From assembly GCA_040954595.2 (NCBI GenBank), contig CM082576.2, forward strand, positions 9,861,129 through 9,925,128: DNA of 64,000 nucleotides, written 5' to 3'. A program made the translations under genes and the position numbers. Shown here piece after piece: positions 45,453 through 59,442 of the stretch. Origin of the DNA: Balanoglossus misakiensis. Its lineage: Eukaryota; Animalia; Hemichordata. The first letter of the stretch is position 1; every line of letters starts with the position of its first letter. A model generated the notes under the pieces. That model did not search any database, was not told the DNA's origin, and was given only the letters and a program-made list of their open reading frames with translations.

Positions 45453-48400
45453 CATAGGTTATAGCTCATGAAAATCATCAAAAAATGACAATTTTTCGAC
45501 TTTGGAAAATCTCAAAATTTCGTCGATTTCTGACAAAAATCATGGGTTATAGCTCATGAAAATCATCAAAAAATGACAATTTTTCGACTTTGGATAATCT
45601 CAAAATTTCGTCGATTTCTGACAAAAATCATGGGTTATAGCTCATGAAAATCATCAAAAAATGACAATTTTTCGACTTTGGATAATCTCAAAATTTCGTC
45701 GATTTCTGACAAAAATCATGGGTTATAGCTCATGAAAATCATCAAAAAATGACAATTTTTCGACTTTGGAAAATCTCAAAATTTCGTCGATTTCTGACAA
45801 AAATCATGGGTTATAGCTCATGAAAATCATCCAAAAATGACAATTTTTCGACTTTAGAAAATCTCAAAATTTCGTCGATTTCTGACAAAAATCATTGGTT
45901 ATAGCTCATGAAAATCATCAAAAAATGACAATTTTTCGACTTTGGAAAATCTCAAAATTTCGTCGATTTCTGACAAAAATCATGGGTTATAGCTCATGAA
46001 AATCATCCAAAAATGACAATTTTTCGACTTTGGAAAATCTCAAAATTTCGTCGATTTCTGACAAAAATCATGGGTTATAGCTCATGAAAATCATCCAAAA
46101 ATGACAATTTTTCGACTTTGGAAAATCTCAAAATTTCGTCGATTTCTGACAAAAATCATGGGTTATAGCTCATGAAAATCATCCAAAAATGACAATTTTT
46201 CGACTTTGGAAAATCTCAAAATTTCGTCGATTTCTGACAAAAATCATGGGTTATAGCTCATGAAAATCATCAAAAAATGACAATTTTTCGACTTTGGAAA
46301 ATCTCAAAATTTCGTCGATTTCTGACAAAAATCATGGGTTATAGCTCATGAAAATCATCAAAAAATGACAATTTTTCGACTTTGGAAAATCTCAAAATTT
46401 TGTCGATTTCTGACAAAAATCATGGGTTATAGCTCATGAAAATCATCCAAAAATGACAATTTTTCGACTTTGGAAAATCTCAAAATTTCGTCGATTTCTG
46501 ACAAAAATCATGGGTTATAGCTCATGAAAATCATCAAAAAATGACAATTTTTCGACTTTGGAAAATCTCAAAATTTCGTCGATTTCTGACAAAAATCATG
46601 GGTTATAGCTCATGAAAATCATCAAAAAATGACAATTTTTCGACTTTGGAAAATCTCAAAATTTCGTCGATTTCTGACAAAAATCATGGGTTATAGCTCA
46701 TGAAAATCATCAAAAAATGACAATTTTTCGACTTTGGATAATCTCAAAATTTCGTCGATTTTTGACAAAAATCATGGGTTATAGCTCATGTAAATCATCA
46801 AAAAATGACAATTTTTCGACTTTGGAAAATCTCAAAATTTCGTCGATTTCTGACAAAAATCATGGGTTATAGCTCATGAAAATCATCAAAAAATGACAAT
46901 TTTTCGACTTTGGAAAATCTCAAAATTTTGTCGATTTCTGACAAAAATCATGGGTTATAGCTCATGAAAATCATCAAAAAATGACAATTTTTCGACTTTG
47001 GAAAATCTCAAAATTTTGTCGATTTCTGACAAAAATCATGGGTTATAGCTCATGAAAATCATCCAAAAATGACAATTTTTCGACTTTGGAAAATCTCAAA
47101 ATTTCGTCGATTTCTGACAAAAATCATGGGTTATAGCTCATGAAAATCATCAAAAAATGACAATTTTTCGACTTTGGAAAATCTCAAAATTTCGTCGATT
47201 TCTGACAAAAATCATGGGTTATAGCTCATGAAAATCATCAAAAAATGACAATTTTTCGACTTTGGAAAATCTCAAAATTTCGTCGATTTCTGACAAAAAT
47301 CATGGGTTATAGCTCATGAAAATCATCCAAAAATGACAATTTTTCGACTTTGGAAAATCTCAAAATTTCGTCGATTTCTGACAAAAATCATGGGTTATAG
47401 CTCATAAAAATCATCCAAAAATGACAATTTTTCGACTTTGGAAAATCTCAAAATTTCGTCGATTTCTGACAAAAATCATGGGTTATAGCTCATGAAAATC
47501 ATCAAAAAATGACAATTTTTCGACTTTGGAAAATCTCAAAATTTCGTCGATTTCTGACAAAAATCATGGGTTATAGCTCATGAAAATCATCCAAAAATGA
47601 CAATTTTTCGACTTTGGAAAATCTCAAAATTTCGTCGATTTCTGACAAAAATCATGGGTTATAGCTCATGAAAATCATCAAAAAATGACAATTTTTCGAC
47701 TTTGGAAAATCTCAAAATTTCGTCGATTTCTGACAAAAATCATGGGTTATAGCTCATGAAAATCATCCAAAAATGACAATTTTTCGACTTTGGAAAATCT
47801 CAAAATTTCGTCGATTTCTGACAAAAATCATGGGTTATAGCTCATGAAAATCATCCAAAAATGACAATTTTTCGACTTTGGAAAATCTCAAAATTTCGTC
47901 GATTTCTGACAAAAATCATGGGTTATAGCTCATGAAAATCATCAAAAAATGACAATTTTTCGACTTTGGAAAATCTCAAAATTTCGTCGATTTCTGACAA
48001 AAATCATGGGTTATAGCTCATGAAAATCATCAAAAAATGACAATTTTTCGACTTTGGAAAATCTCAAAATTTTGTCGATTTCTGACAAAAATCATGGGTT
48101 ATAGCTCATGAAAATCATCAAAAAATGACAATTTTTCGACTTTGGAAAATCTCAAAATTTCGTCGATTTCTGACAAAAATCATGGGTTATAGCTCATGAA
48201 AATCATCAAAAAATGACAATTTTTCGACTTTGGATAATCTCAAAATTTCGTCGATTTTTGACAAAAATCATGGGTTATAGCTCATGAAAATCATCAAAAA
48301 ATGACAATTTTTCGACTTTGGAAAATCTCAAAATTTTGTCGATTTCTGACAAAAATCATGGGTTATAGCTCATGAAAATCATCAAAAAATGACAATTTTT

Positions 48401-51400
48401 CGACTTTGGAAAATCTCAAAATTTCGTCGATTTCTGTCAAAAATCATGGGTTATAGCTCATGAAAATCATCAAAAAATGACAATTTTTCGACTTTGGAAA
48501 ATCTCAAAATTTCGTCGATTTCTGTCAAAAATCATGGGTTATAGCTCATGAAAATCATCAAAAAATGACAATTTTTCGACTTTGGAAAATCTCAAAATTT
48601 TGTCGATTTCTGACAAAAATCATGGGTTATAGCTCATGAAAATCATCCAAAAATGACAATTTTTCGACTTTGGAAAATCTCAAAATTTCGTCGATTTTTG
48701 ACAAAAATCATGGGTTATAGCTCATGAAAATCATCAAAAAATGACAATTTTTCGACTTTGGAAAATCTCAAAATTTCGTCGATTTCTGACAAAAATCATC
48801 GGTTATAGCTCATGAAAATCATCAAAAAATGACAATTTTTCGACTTTGGAAAATCTCAAAATTTTGTCGATTTCTGACAAAAATCATGGGTTATAGCTCA
48901 TGAAAATCATCAAAAAATGACAATTTTTCGACTTTGGAAAATCTCAAAATTTCGTCGATTTCTGTCAAAAATCATGGGTTATAGCTCATGAAAATCATCA
49001 AAAAATGACAATTTTTCGACTTTGGAAAATCTCAAAATTTTGTCGATTTCTGACAAAAATCATGGGTTATAGCTCATGAAAATCATCCAAAAATGACAAT
49101 TTTTCGACTTTGGAAAATCTCAAAATTTCGTCGATTTTTGACAAAAATCATGGGTTATAGCTCATGAAAATCATCAAAAAATGACAATTTTTCGACTTTG
49201 GAAAATCTCAAAATTTCGTCGATTTCTGACAAAAATCATCGGTTATAGCTCATGAAAATCATCAAAAAATGACAATTTTTCGACTTTGGAAAATCTCAAA
49301 ATTTCGTCGATTTCTGACAAAAATCATGGGTTATAGCTCATGAAAATCATCAAAAAATGACAATTTTTCGACTTTGGATAATCTCAAAATTTCGTCGATT
49401 TTTGACAAAAATCATGGGTTATAGCTCATGAAAATCATCAAAAAATGACAATTTTTCGACTTTGGAAAATCTCAAAATTTCGTCGATTTCTGACAAAAAT
49501 CATGGGTTATAGCTCATGAAAATCATCAAAAAATGACAATTTTTCGACTTTGGAAAATCTCAAAATTTTGTCGATTTCTGACAAAAATCATGGGTTATAG
49601 CTCATGAAAATCATCAAAAAATGACAATTTTTCGACTTTGGAAAATCTCAAAATTTTGTCGATTTCTGACAAAAATCATGGGTTATAGCTTATGAAAATC
49701 ATCCAAAAATGACAATTTTTCGACTTTGGAAAATCTCAAAATTTCGTCGATTTCTGACAAAAATCATGGGTTATAGCTCATGAAAATCATCAAAAAATGA
49801 CAATTTTTCGACTTTGGAAAATCTCAAAATTTCGTCGATTTCTGACAAAAATCATGGGTTATAGCTCATGAAAATCATCAAAAAATGACAATTTTTCGAC
49901 TTTGGAAAATCTCAAAATTTTGTCGATTTCTGACAAAAATCATGGGTTATAGCTCATGAAAATCATCCAAAAATGACAATTTTTCGACTTTGGAAAATCT
50001 CAAAATTTCGTCGATTTTTGACAAAAATCATGGGTTATAGCTCATAAAAATCATCCAAAAATGACAATTTTTCGACTTTGGAAAATCTCAAAATTTCGTC
50101 GATTTCTGACAAAAATCATGGGTTATAGCTCATGAAAATCATCAAAAAATGACAATTTTTCGACTTTGGAAAATCTCAAGATTTTGTCGATTTCTGACAA
50201 AAATCATGGGTTATAGCTCATGAAAATCATCAAAAAATGACAATTTTTCGACTTTGGAAAATCTCAAAATTTCGTCGATTTCTGACAAAAATCATGGGTT
50301 ATAGCTCATGAAAATCATCAAAAAATGACAATTTTTCGACTTTGGAAAATCTCAAAATTTTGTCGATTTCTGACAAAAATCATGGGTTATAGCTCATGAA
50401 AATCATCAAAAAATGACAATTTTTCGACTTTGGAAAATCTCAAAATTTTGTCGATTTCTGACAAAAATCATGGGTTATAGCTCATGAAAATCATCAAAAA
50501 ATAACAATTTTTCGACTTTGGAAAATCTCAAAATTTCGTCGATTTCTGACAAAAATCATGGGTTATAGCTCATGAAAATCATCAAAAAATGACAATTTTT
50601 CGACTTTGGAAAATCTCAAAATTTCGTCGATTTCTGACAAAAATCATGGGTTATAGCTCATGAAAATCATCCAAAAATGACAATTTTTCGACTTTGGAAA
50701 ATCTCAAAATTTTGTCGATTTCTGACAAAAATCATGGGTTATAGCTCATGAAAATCATCAAAAAATGACAATTTTTCGACTTTGGAAAATCTCAAAATTT
50801 CGTCGATTTTTGACAAAAATCATGGGTTATAGCTCATGAAAATCATCAAAAAATGACAATTTTTCGACTTTGGAAAATCTCAAAATTTCGTCGATTTCTG
50901 ACAAAAATCATGGGTTATAGCTCATGAAAATCATCAAAAAATGACAATTTTTCGACTTTGGAAAATCTCAAAATTTCGTCGATTTCTGACAAAAATCATC
51001 GGTTATAGCTCATGAAAATCATCAAAAAATGACAATTTTTCGACTTTGGATAATCTCAAAATTTCGTCGATTTTTGACAAAAATCATGGGTTATAGCTCA
51101 TGAAAATCATCAAAAAATGACAATTTTTCGACTTTGGAAAATCTCAAAATTTCGTCGATTTCTGACAAAAATCATGGGTTATAGCTCATGAAAATCATCA
51201 AAAAATGACAATTTTTCGACTTTGGAAAATCTCAAAATTTTGTCGATTTCTGACAAAAATCATGGGTTATAGCTCATGAAAATCATCAAAAAATGACAAT
51301 TTTTCGACTTTGGAAAATCTCAAAATTTTGTCGATTTCTGACAAAAATCATGGGTTATAGCTCATGAAAATCATCCAAAAATGACAATTTTTCGACTTTG

Positions 51401-54400
51401 GAAAATCTCAAAATTTCGTCGATTTCTGACAAAAATCATGGGTTATAGCTCATGAAAATCATCAAAAAATGACAATTTTTCGACTTTGGAAAATCTCAAA
51501 ATTTCGTCGATTTCTGACAAAAATCATGGGTTATAGCTCATGAAAATCATCAAAAAATGACAATTTTTCGACTTTGGAAAATCTCAAAATTTCGTCGATT
51601 TCTGACAAAAATCATGGGTTATAGCTCATGAAAATCATCAAAAAATGACAATTTTTCGACTTTGGAAAATCTCAAAATTTCGTCGATTTCTGACAAAAAT
51701 CATGGGTTATAGCTCATGAAAATCATCAAAAAATGACAATTTTTCGACTTTGGAAAATCTCAAAATTTCGTCGATTTCTGACAAAAATCATGGGTTATAG
51801 CTCATGAAAATCATCCAAAAATGACAATTTTTCGACTTTGGAAAATCTCAAAATTTCGTCGATTTCTGACAAAAATCATGGGTTATAGCTCATGAAAATC
51901 ATCAAAAAATGACAATTTTTCGACTTTGGAAAATCTCAAAATTTCGTCGATTTCTGACAAAAATCATGGGTTATAGCTCATGAAAATCATCAAAAAATGA
52001 CAATTTTTCGACTTTGGAAAATCTCAAAATTTTGTCGATTTCTGACAAAAATCATGGGTTATAGCTCATGAAAATCATCAAAAAATGACAATTTTTCGAC
52101 TTTGGAAAATCTCAAAATTTCGTCGATTTCTGACAAAAATCATGGGTTATAGCTCATGAAAATCATCAAAAAATGACAATTTTTCGACTTTGGATAATCT
52201 CAAAATTTCGTCGATTTTTGACAAAAATCATGGGTTATAGCTCATGAAAATCATCAAAAAATGACAATTTTTCGACTTTGGAAAATCTCAAAATTTTGTC
52301 GATTTCTGACAAAAATCATGGGTTATAGCTCATGAAAATCATCAAAAAATGACAATTTTTCGACTTTGGAAAATCTCAAAATTTCGTCGATTTCTGTCAA
52401 AAATCATGGGTTATAGCTCATGAAAATCATCAAAAAATGACAATTTTTCGACTTTGGAAAATCTCAAAATTTCGTCGATTTCTGTCAAAAATCATGGGTT
52501 ATAGCTCATGAAAATCATCAAAAAATGACAATTTTTCGACTTTGGAAAATCTCAAAATTTTGTCGATTTCTGACAAAAATCATGGGTTATAGCTCATGAA
52601 AATCATCCAAAAATGACAATTTTTCGACTTTGGAAAATCTCAAAATTTCGTCGATTTTTGACAAAAATCATGGGTTATAGCTCATGAAAATCATCAAAAA
52701 ATGACAATTTTTCGACTTTGGAAAATCTCAAAATTTCGTCGATTTCTGACAAAAATCATCGGTTATAGCTCATGAAAATCATCAAAAAATGACAATTTTT
52801 CGACTTTGGAAAATCTCCAAATTTTGTCGATTTCTGACAAAAATCATGGGTTATAGCTCATGAAAATCATCAAAAAATGACAATTTTTCGACTTTGGAAA
52901 ATCTCAAAATTTCGTCGATTTCTGTCAAAAATCATGGGTTATAGCTCATGAAAATCATCAAAAAATGACAATTTTTCGACTTTGGAAAATCTCAAAATTT
53001 TGTCGATTTCTGACAAAAATCATGGGTTATAGCTCATGAAAATCATCCAAAAATGACAATTTTTCGACTTTGGAAAATCTCAAAATTTCGTCGATTTTTG
53101 ACAAAAATCATGGGTTATAGCTCATGAAAATCATCAAAAAATGACAATTTTTCGACTTTGGAAAATCTCAAAATTTCGTCGATTTCTGACAAAAATCATC
53201 GGTTATAGCTCATGAAAATCATCAAAAAATGACAATTTTTCGACTTTGGAAAATCTCAAAATTTCGTCGATTTCTGACAAAAATCATGGGTTATAGCTCA
53301 TGAAAATCATCAAAAAATGACAATTTTTCGACTTTGGATAATCTCAAAATTTCGTCGATTTTTGACAAAAATCATGGGTTATAGCTCATGAAAATCATCA
53401 AAAAATGACAATTTTTCGACTTTGGAAAATCTCAAAATTTCGTCGATTTCTGACAAAAATCATGGGTTATAGCTCATGAAAATCATCAAAAAATGACAAT
53501 TTTTCGACTTTGGAAAATCTCAAAATTTTGTCGATTTCTGACAAAAATCATGGGTTATAGCTCATGAAAATCATCAAAAAATGACAATTTTTCGACTTTG
53601 GAAAATCTCAAAATTTTGTCGATTTCTGACAAAAATCATGGGTTATAGCTTATGAAAATCATCCAAAAATGACAATTTTTCGACTTTGGAAAATCTCAAA
53701 ATTTCGTCGATTTCTGACAAAAATCATGGGTTATAGCTCATGAAAATCATCAAAAAATGACAATTTTTCGACTTTGGAAAATCTCAAAATTTCGTCGATT
53801 TCTGACAAAAATCATGGGTTATAGCTCATGAAAATCATCAAAAAATGACAATTTTTCGACTTTGGAAAATCTCAAAATTTTGTCGATTTCTGACAAAAAT
53901 CATGGGTTATAGCTCATGAAAATCATCCAAAAATGACAATTTTTCGACTTTGGAAAATCTCAAAATTTCGTCGATTTGTGACAAAAATCATGGGTTATAG
54001 CTCATGAAAATCATCCAAAAATGACAATTTTTCGACTTTGGAAAATCTCAAAATTTCGTCGATTTCTGACAAAAATCATGGGTTATAGCTCATGAAAATC
54101 ATCAAAAAATGACAATTTTTCGACTTTGGAAAATCTCAAGATTTTGTCGATTTCTGACAAAAATCATGGGTTATAGCTCATGAAAATCATCAAAAAATGA
54201 CAATTTTTCGACTTTGGAAAATCTCAAAATTTCGTCGATTTCTGACAAAAATCATGGGTTATAGCTCATGAAAATCATCAAAAAATGACAATTTTTCGAC
54301 TTTGGAAAATCTCAAAATTTTGTCGATTTCTGACAAAAATCATGGGTTATAGCTCATGAAAATCATCAAAAAATGACAATTTTTCGACTTTGGAAAATCT

Positions 54401-56544
54401 CAAAATTTTGTCGATTTCTGACAAAAATCATGGGTTATAGCTCATGAAAATCATCAAAAAATGACAATTTTTCGACTTTGGAAAATCTCAAAATTTCGTC
54501 GATTTCTGACAAAAATCATCGGTTATAGCTCATGAAAATCATCAAAAAATGACAATTTTTCGACTTTGGATAATCTCAAAATTTCGTCGATTTTTGACAA
54601 AAATCATGGGTTATAGCTCATGAAAATCATCAAAAAATGACAATTTTTCGACTTTGGAAAATCTCAAAATTTCGTCGATTTCTGACAAAAATCATGGGTT
54701 ATAGCTCATGAAAATCATCAAAAAATGACAATTTTTCGACTTTAGAAAATCTCAAAATTTCGTCGATTTCTGACAAAAATCATTGGTTATAGCTCATGAA
54801 AATCATCAAAAAATGACAATTTTTCGACTTTGGAAAATCTCAAAATTTTGTCGATTTCTGACAAAAATCATGGGTTATAGCTCATGAAAATCATCCAAAA
54901 ATGACAATTTTTCGACTTTGGAAAATCTCAAAATTTCGTCGATTTCTGACAAAAATCATGGGTTATAGCTCATGAAAATCATCAAAAAATGACAATTTTT
55001 CGACTTTGGAAAATCTCAAAATTTCGTCGATTTCTGACAAAAATCATGGGTTATAGCTCATGAAAATCATCAAAAAATGACAATTTTTCGACTTTGGAAA
55101 ATCTCAAAATTTTGTCGATTTCTGACAAAAATCATGGGTTATAGCTCATGAAAATCATCCAAAAATGACAATTTTTCGACTTTGGAAAATCTCAAAATTT
55201 CGTCGATTTCTGACAAAAATCATGGGTTATAGCTCATGAAAATCATCCAAAAATGACAATTTTTCGACTTTGGAAAATCTCAAAATTTCGTCGATTTCTG
55301 ACAAAAATCATGGGTTATAGCTCATGAAAATCATCAAAAAATGACAATTTTTCGACTTTGGAAAATCTCAAAATTTCGTCGATTTCTGACAAAAATCATG
55401 GGTTATTGCTCATGAAAATCATCAAAAAAATGACAATTTTTCGACTTTGGAAAATCTCAAGATTTTGTCGATTTCTGACAAAAATCATGGGTTATAGCTC
55501 ATGAAAATCATCAAAAAATGACAATTTTTCGACTTTGGAAAATCTCAAAATTTCGTCGATTTCTGACAAAAATCATGGGTTATAGCTCATGAAAATCATC
55601 AAAAAATGACAATTTTTCGACTTTGGAAAATCTCAAAATTTCGTCGATTTCTGACAAAAATCATGGGTTATAGCTCATGAAAATCATCAAAAAATGACAA
55701 TTTTTCGACTTTGGAAAATCTCAAAATTTCGTCGATTTCTGACAAAAATCATGGGTTATAGCTCATGAATATCATCAAAAAATGACAATTTTTCGACTTT
55801 GGAAAATCTCAAAATTTCGTCGATTTCTGACAAAAATCATGGGTTATAGCTCATGAAAATCATCCAAAAATGACAATTTTTCGACTTTGGAAAATCTCAA
55901 AATTTCGTCGATTTCTGACAAAAATCATGGGTTATAGCTCATGAAAATTATCAAAAAATGCAAATTTTTCGACTTTAAAAAATCTCAAAATTTTGTCGAT
56001 TTCTGACAAAAATCATGGGTTATAGCTCATGAAAATCATCAAAAAATGACAATTTTTCGACTTTGGAAAATCTCAAAATTTCGTCGATTTCTGACAAAAA
56101 TCATGGGTTATAGCTCATGAAAATCATCAAAAAATGACAATTTTTCGACTTTGGAAAATCTCAAAATTTCGTCGATTTCTGACAAAAATCATGGGTTATA
56201 GCTCATGAAAATCATCAAAAAATGACAATTTTTCGACTTTGGAAAATCTCAAAATTTCGTCGATTTCTGACAAAAATCATGGGTTATAGCTCATGAAAAT
56301 CATCAAAAAATGACAATTTTTCGACTTTGGAAAATCTCAAAATTTCGTCGATTTCTGACAAAAATCATGGGTTATAGCTCAAGAAAATCATCAAAAAATG
56401 ACAAAATTTCGACTTTGGAAAATCTCAAAATTTCGTCGATTTCTGACAAAAATCATGGGTTATAGCTCAAGAAAATCATCAAAAAATGACAATTTTTCGA
56501 CTTTGGAAAATCTCAAAATTTCGTCGATTTCAGACAAAAATCAT
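45453..56544 (+). repeat. 88-bp satellite DNA, array 1 (126 monomers)
   Basis: Consensus catgggttatagctcatgaaaatcatcaaaaaatgacaatttttcgactttggaaaatctcaaaatttcgtcgatttctgacaaaaat. The 88-bp register holds with a single +1 indel near 55430, and most monomers differ by 0-2 substitutions. Confidence 0.99.
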
Positions 56545-56795
56545 ATCAGTGTAGACCTCGAAAATGTGAGGATTGAAGTGAAATTGAACTTGTCAAGAAA
56601 CGAATGTTTTTATTTTGTACGAGTAACATTTTAAAACTCGGACATAGAAAATGGAATCTTGCCATGTTTATTTTTTGTGTTTAGAGCGTACGTTTGTGGT
56701 TGGATGAGGTAACTACTTGTGGAGGGACGGATGAAAATAATCATCAATAATTACACAATATTGTAAAATAAAATATTTATTTACAAAAAAACGTG
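56542..56795 (+). repeat. 254-bp non-satellite tail, copy 1 (matches 59440-59693)
   Basis: catatcagtgtagacctcgaaaatgtgagg...tttatttacaaaaaaacgtg is repeated at an offset of 2898 bp; no differences seen by eye. Confidence 0.95.
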
Positions 56796-56805
56796 TGCAG
56801 AGAAG

Positions 56806-59442
56806 TTTGGAAAATCTCAAAATTTTGTCGATTTCTGACAAAAATCATGGGTTATAGCTCATGAAAATCATCAAAAAATGACAATTTTTCGACTTTGGAA
56901 AATCTCAAAATTTCGTCGATTTCTGACAAAAATCATGGGTTATAGCTCATGAAAATCATCAAAAAATGACAATTTTTCGACTTTGGAAAATCTCAAAATT
57001 TCGTCGATTTCTGACAAAAATCATGGGTTATAGCTCATGAAAATCATCAAAAAATGACAATTTTTCGACTTTGGAAAATCTCAAAATTTCGTCGATTTCT
57101 GACAAAAATCATGGGTTATAGCTCATGAATATCATCAAAAAATGACAATTTTTCGACTTTGGAAAATCTCAAAATTTCGTCGATTTCTGACAAAAATCAT
57201 GGGTTATAGCTCATGAAAATCATCAAAAAATGACAATTTTTCGACTTTGGAAAATCTCAAAATTTCGTCGATTTCTGACAAAAATCATGGGTTATAGCTC
57301 ATGAAAATCATCAAAAAATGACAATTTTTCGACTTTGGAAAATCTCAAAATTTCGTCGATTTCTGACAAAAATCATGGGTTATAGCTCATGAAAATCATC
57401 AAAAAATGACAATTTTTCGACTTTGGAAAATCTCAAAATTTCGTCGATTTCTGACAAAAATCATGGGTTATAGCTCATGAAAATCATCAAAAAATGACAA
57501 TATTTCGACTTTGGGAATTCATGAAAATCATCAAAAAATGACAATTTTTCGAATTTGGAAAATCTCAAAATTTCGTCGATTTCTGACAAAAATCATGGGT
57601 TATAGCTCATGAAAATCATCAAAAAATGACAATTTTTCGACTTTGGAAAATCTCAAAATTTCGTCGATTTCTGACAAAAATCATGGGTTATAGCTCATGA
57701 AAATCATCCAAAAATGACAATTTTTTGACTTTGGAAAATCTCAAAATTTCGTCGATTTCTGACAAAAATCATGGGTTATAGCTCATGAAAATCATCAAAA
57801 AATGACAATTTTTCGACTTTGGAAAATCTCAAAATTTCGTCGATTTCTGACAAAAATCATGGGTTATAGCTCATGAAAATCATCAAAAAATGACAATTTT
57901 TCGACTTTGGAAAATCTCAAAATTTCGTCGATTTCTGACAAAAATCATGGGTTATAGCTCATGAAAATCATCCAAAAATGACAATTTTTCGACTTTGGAA
58001 AATCTCAAAATTTCGTCGATTTCTGACAAAAATCATGGGTTATAGCTCATGAAAATCATCAAAAAATGACAATTTTTCGACTTTGGAAAATCTCAAAATT
58101 TCGTCGATTTCTGACAAAAATCATGGGTTATAGCTCATGAAAATCATCAAAAAATGACAATTTTTCGACTTTGGAAAATCTCAAAATTTCGTCGATTTCT
58201 GACAAAAATCATGGGTTATAGCTCATGAAAATCATCAAAAAATGACAATTTTTCGACTTTGGAAAATCTCAAAATTTCGTCGATTTCTGACAAAAATCAT
58301 GGGTTATAGCTCATGAAAATCATCAAAAAATGACAATTTTTCGACTTTGGAAAATCTCAAAATTTCGTCGATTTCTGACAAAAATCATGGGTTATAGCTC
58401 ATGAATATCATCAAAAAATGACAATTTTTCGACTTTGGAAAATCTCAAAATTTCGTCGATTTCTGACAAAAATCATGGGTTATAGCTCATGAAAATCATC
58501 AAAAAATGACAATTTTTCGACTTTGGAAAATCTCAAAATTTCGTCGATTTCTGACAAAAATCATGGGTTATAGCTCATGAAAATCATCAGAAAATGACAA
58601 TTTTTCGACTTTGGAAAATCTCAAAATTTCGTCGATTTCTGACAAAAATCATGGGTTATAGCTCATGAAAATCATCAAAAAATGACAATTTTTCGACTTT
58701 GGAAAATCTCAAAATTTCGTCGATTTCTGACAAATATCATGGGTTATAGCTCATGAAAATCATCAAAAAATGACAATTTTTCGACTTTGGAAAATCTCAA
58801 AATTTCGTCGATTTCTGACAAAAATCATGGGTTATAGCTCATGAAAATCATCAAAAAATGACAATTTTTCGACTTTGGAAAATCTCAAAATTTCGTCGAT
58901 TTCTGACAAAAATCATGGGTTATAGCTCATGAAAATCATCAAAAAATGACAATTTTTCGACTTTGGAAAATCTCAAAATTTCGTCGATTTCTGACAAAAA
59001 TCATGGGTTAGCTCATGAAAATCATCAAAAAATGACAATTTTTCGACTTTGGAAAATCTCAAAATTTCGTCGATTTCTGACAAAAATCATGGGTTATAGC
59101 TCATGAAAATCATCAAAAAATGACAATTTTTCGACTTTGGAAAATCTCAAAATTTCGTCGATTTCTGACAAAAATCATGGGTTATAGCTCATGAAAATCA
59201 TCAAAAAATGACAATTTTTCGACTTTGGAAAATCTCAAAATTTCGTCGATTTCTGACAAAAATCATGGGTTATAGCTCATGAAAATCATCAAAAAATGAC
59301 AATTTTTCGACTTTGGAAAATCTCAAAATTTCGTCGATTTCTGACAAAAATCATGGGTTATAGCTCATGAAAATCATCAAAAAATGACAATTTTTCGACT
59401 TTGGAAAATCTCAAAATTTCGTCGATTTCAGACAAAAATCAT
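56806..59442 (+). repeat. 88-bp satellite DNA, array 2 (~30 monomers)
   Basis: Same monomer and more homogeneous than array 1. One truncated monomer at ~57500-57520 (junction gggaattcatg) and a 2-nt deletion at ~59010. Confidence 0.99.

Noticed and set aside
56398-56634. 78-aa ORF at the end of satellite array 1
   Set aside because: It exists only because a TGA-to-AGA variant removes the usual stop in the terminal monomers; no coding signature.
41622-59442. 129-bp and 88-bp arrays as CRISPR arrays
   Set aside because: No unique spacers (units are full tandem copies), eukaryotic context and no cas genes.
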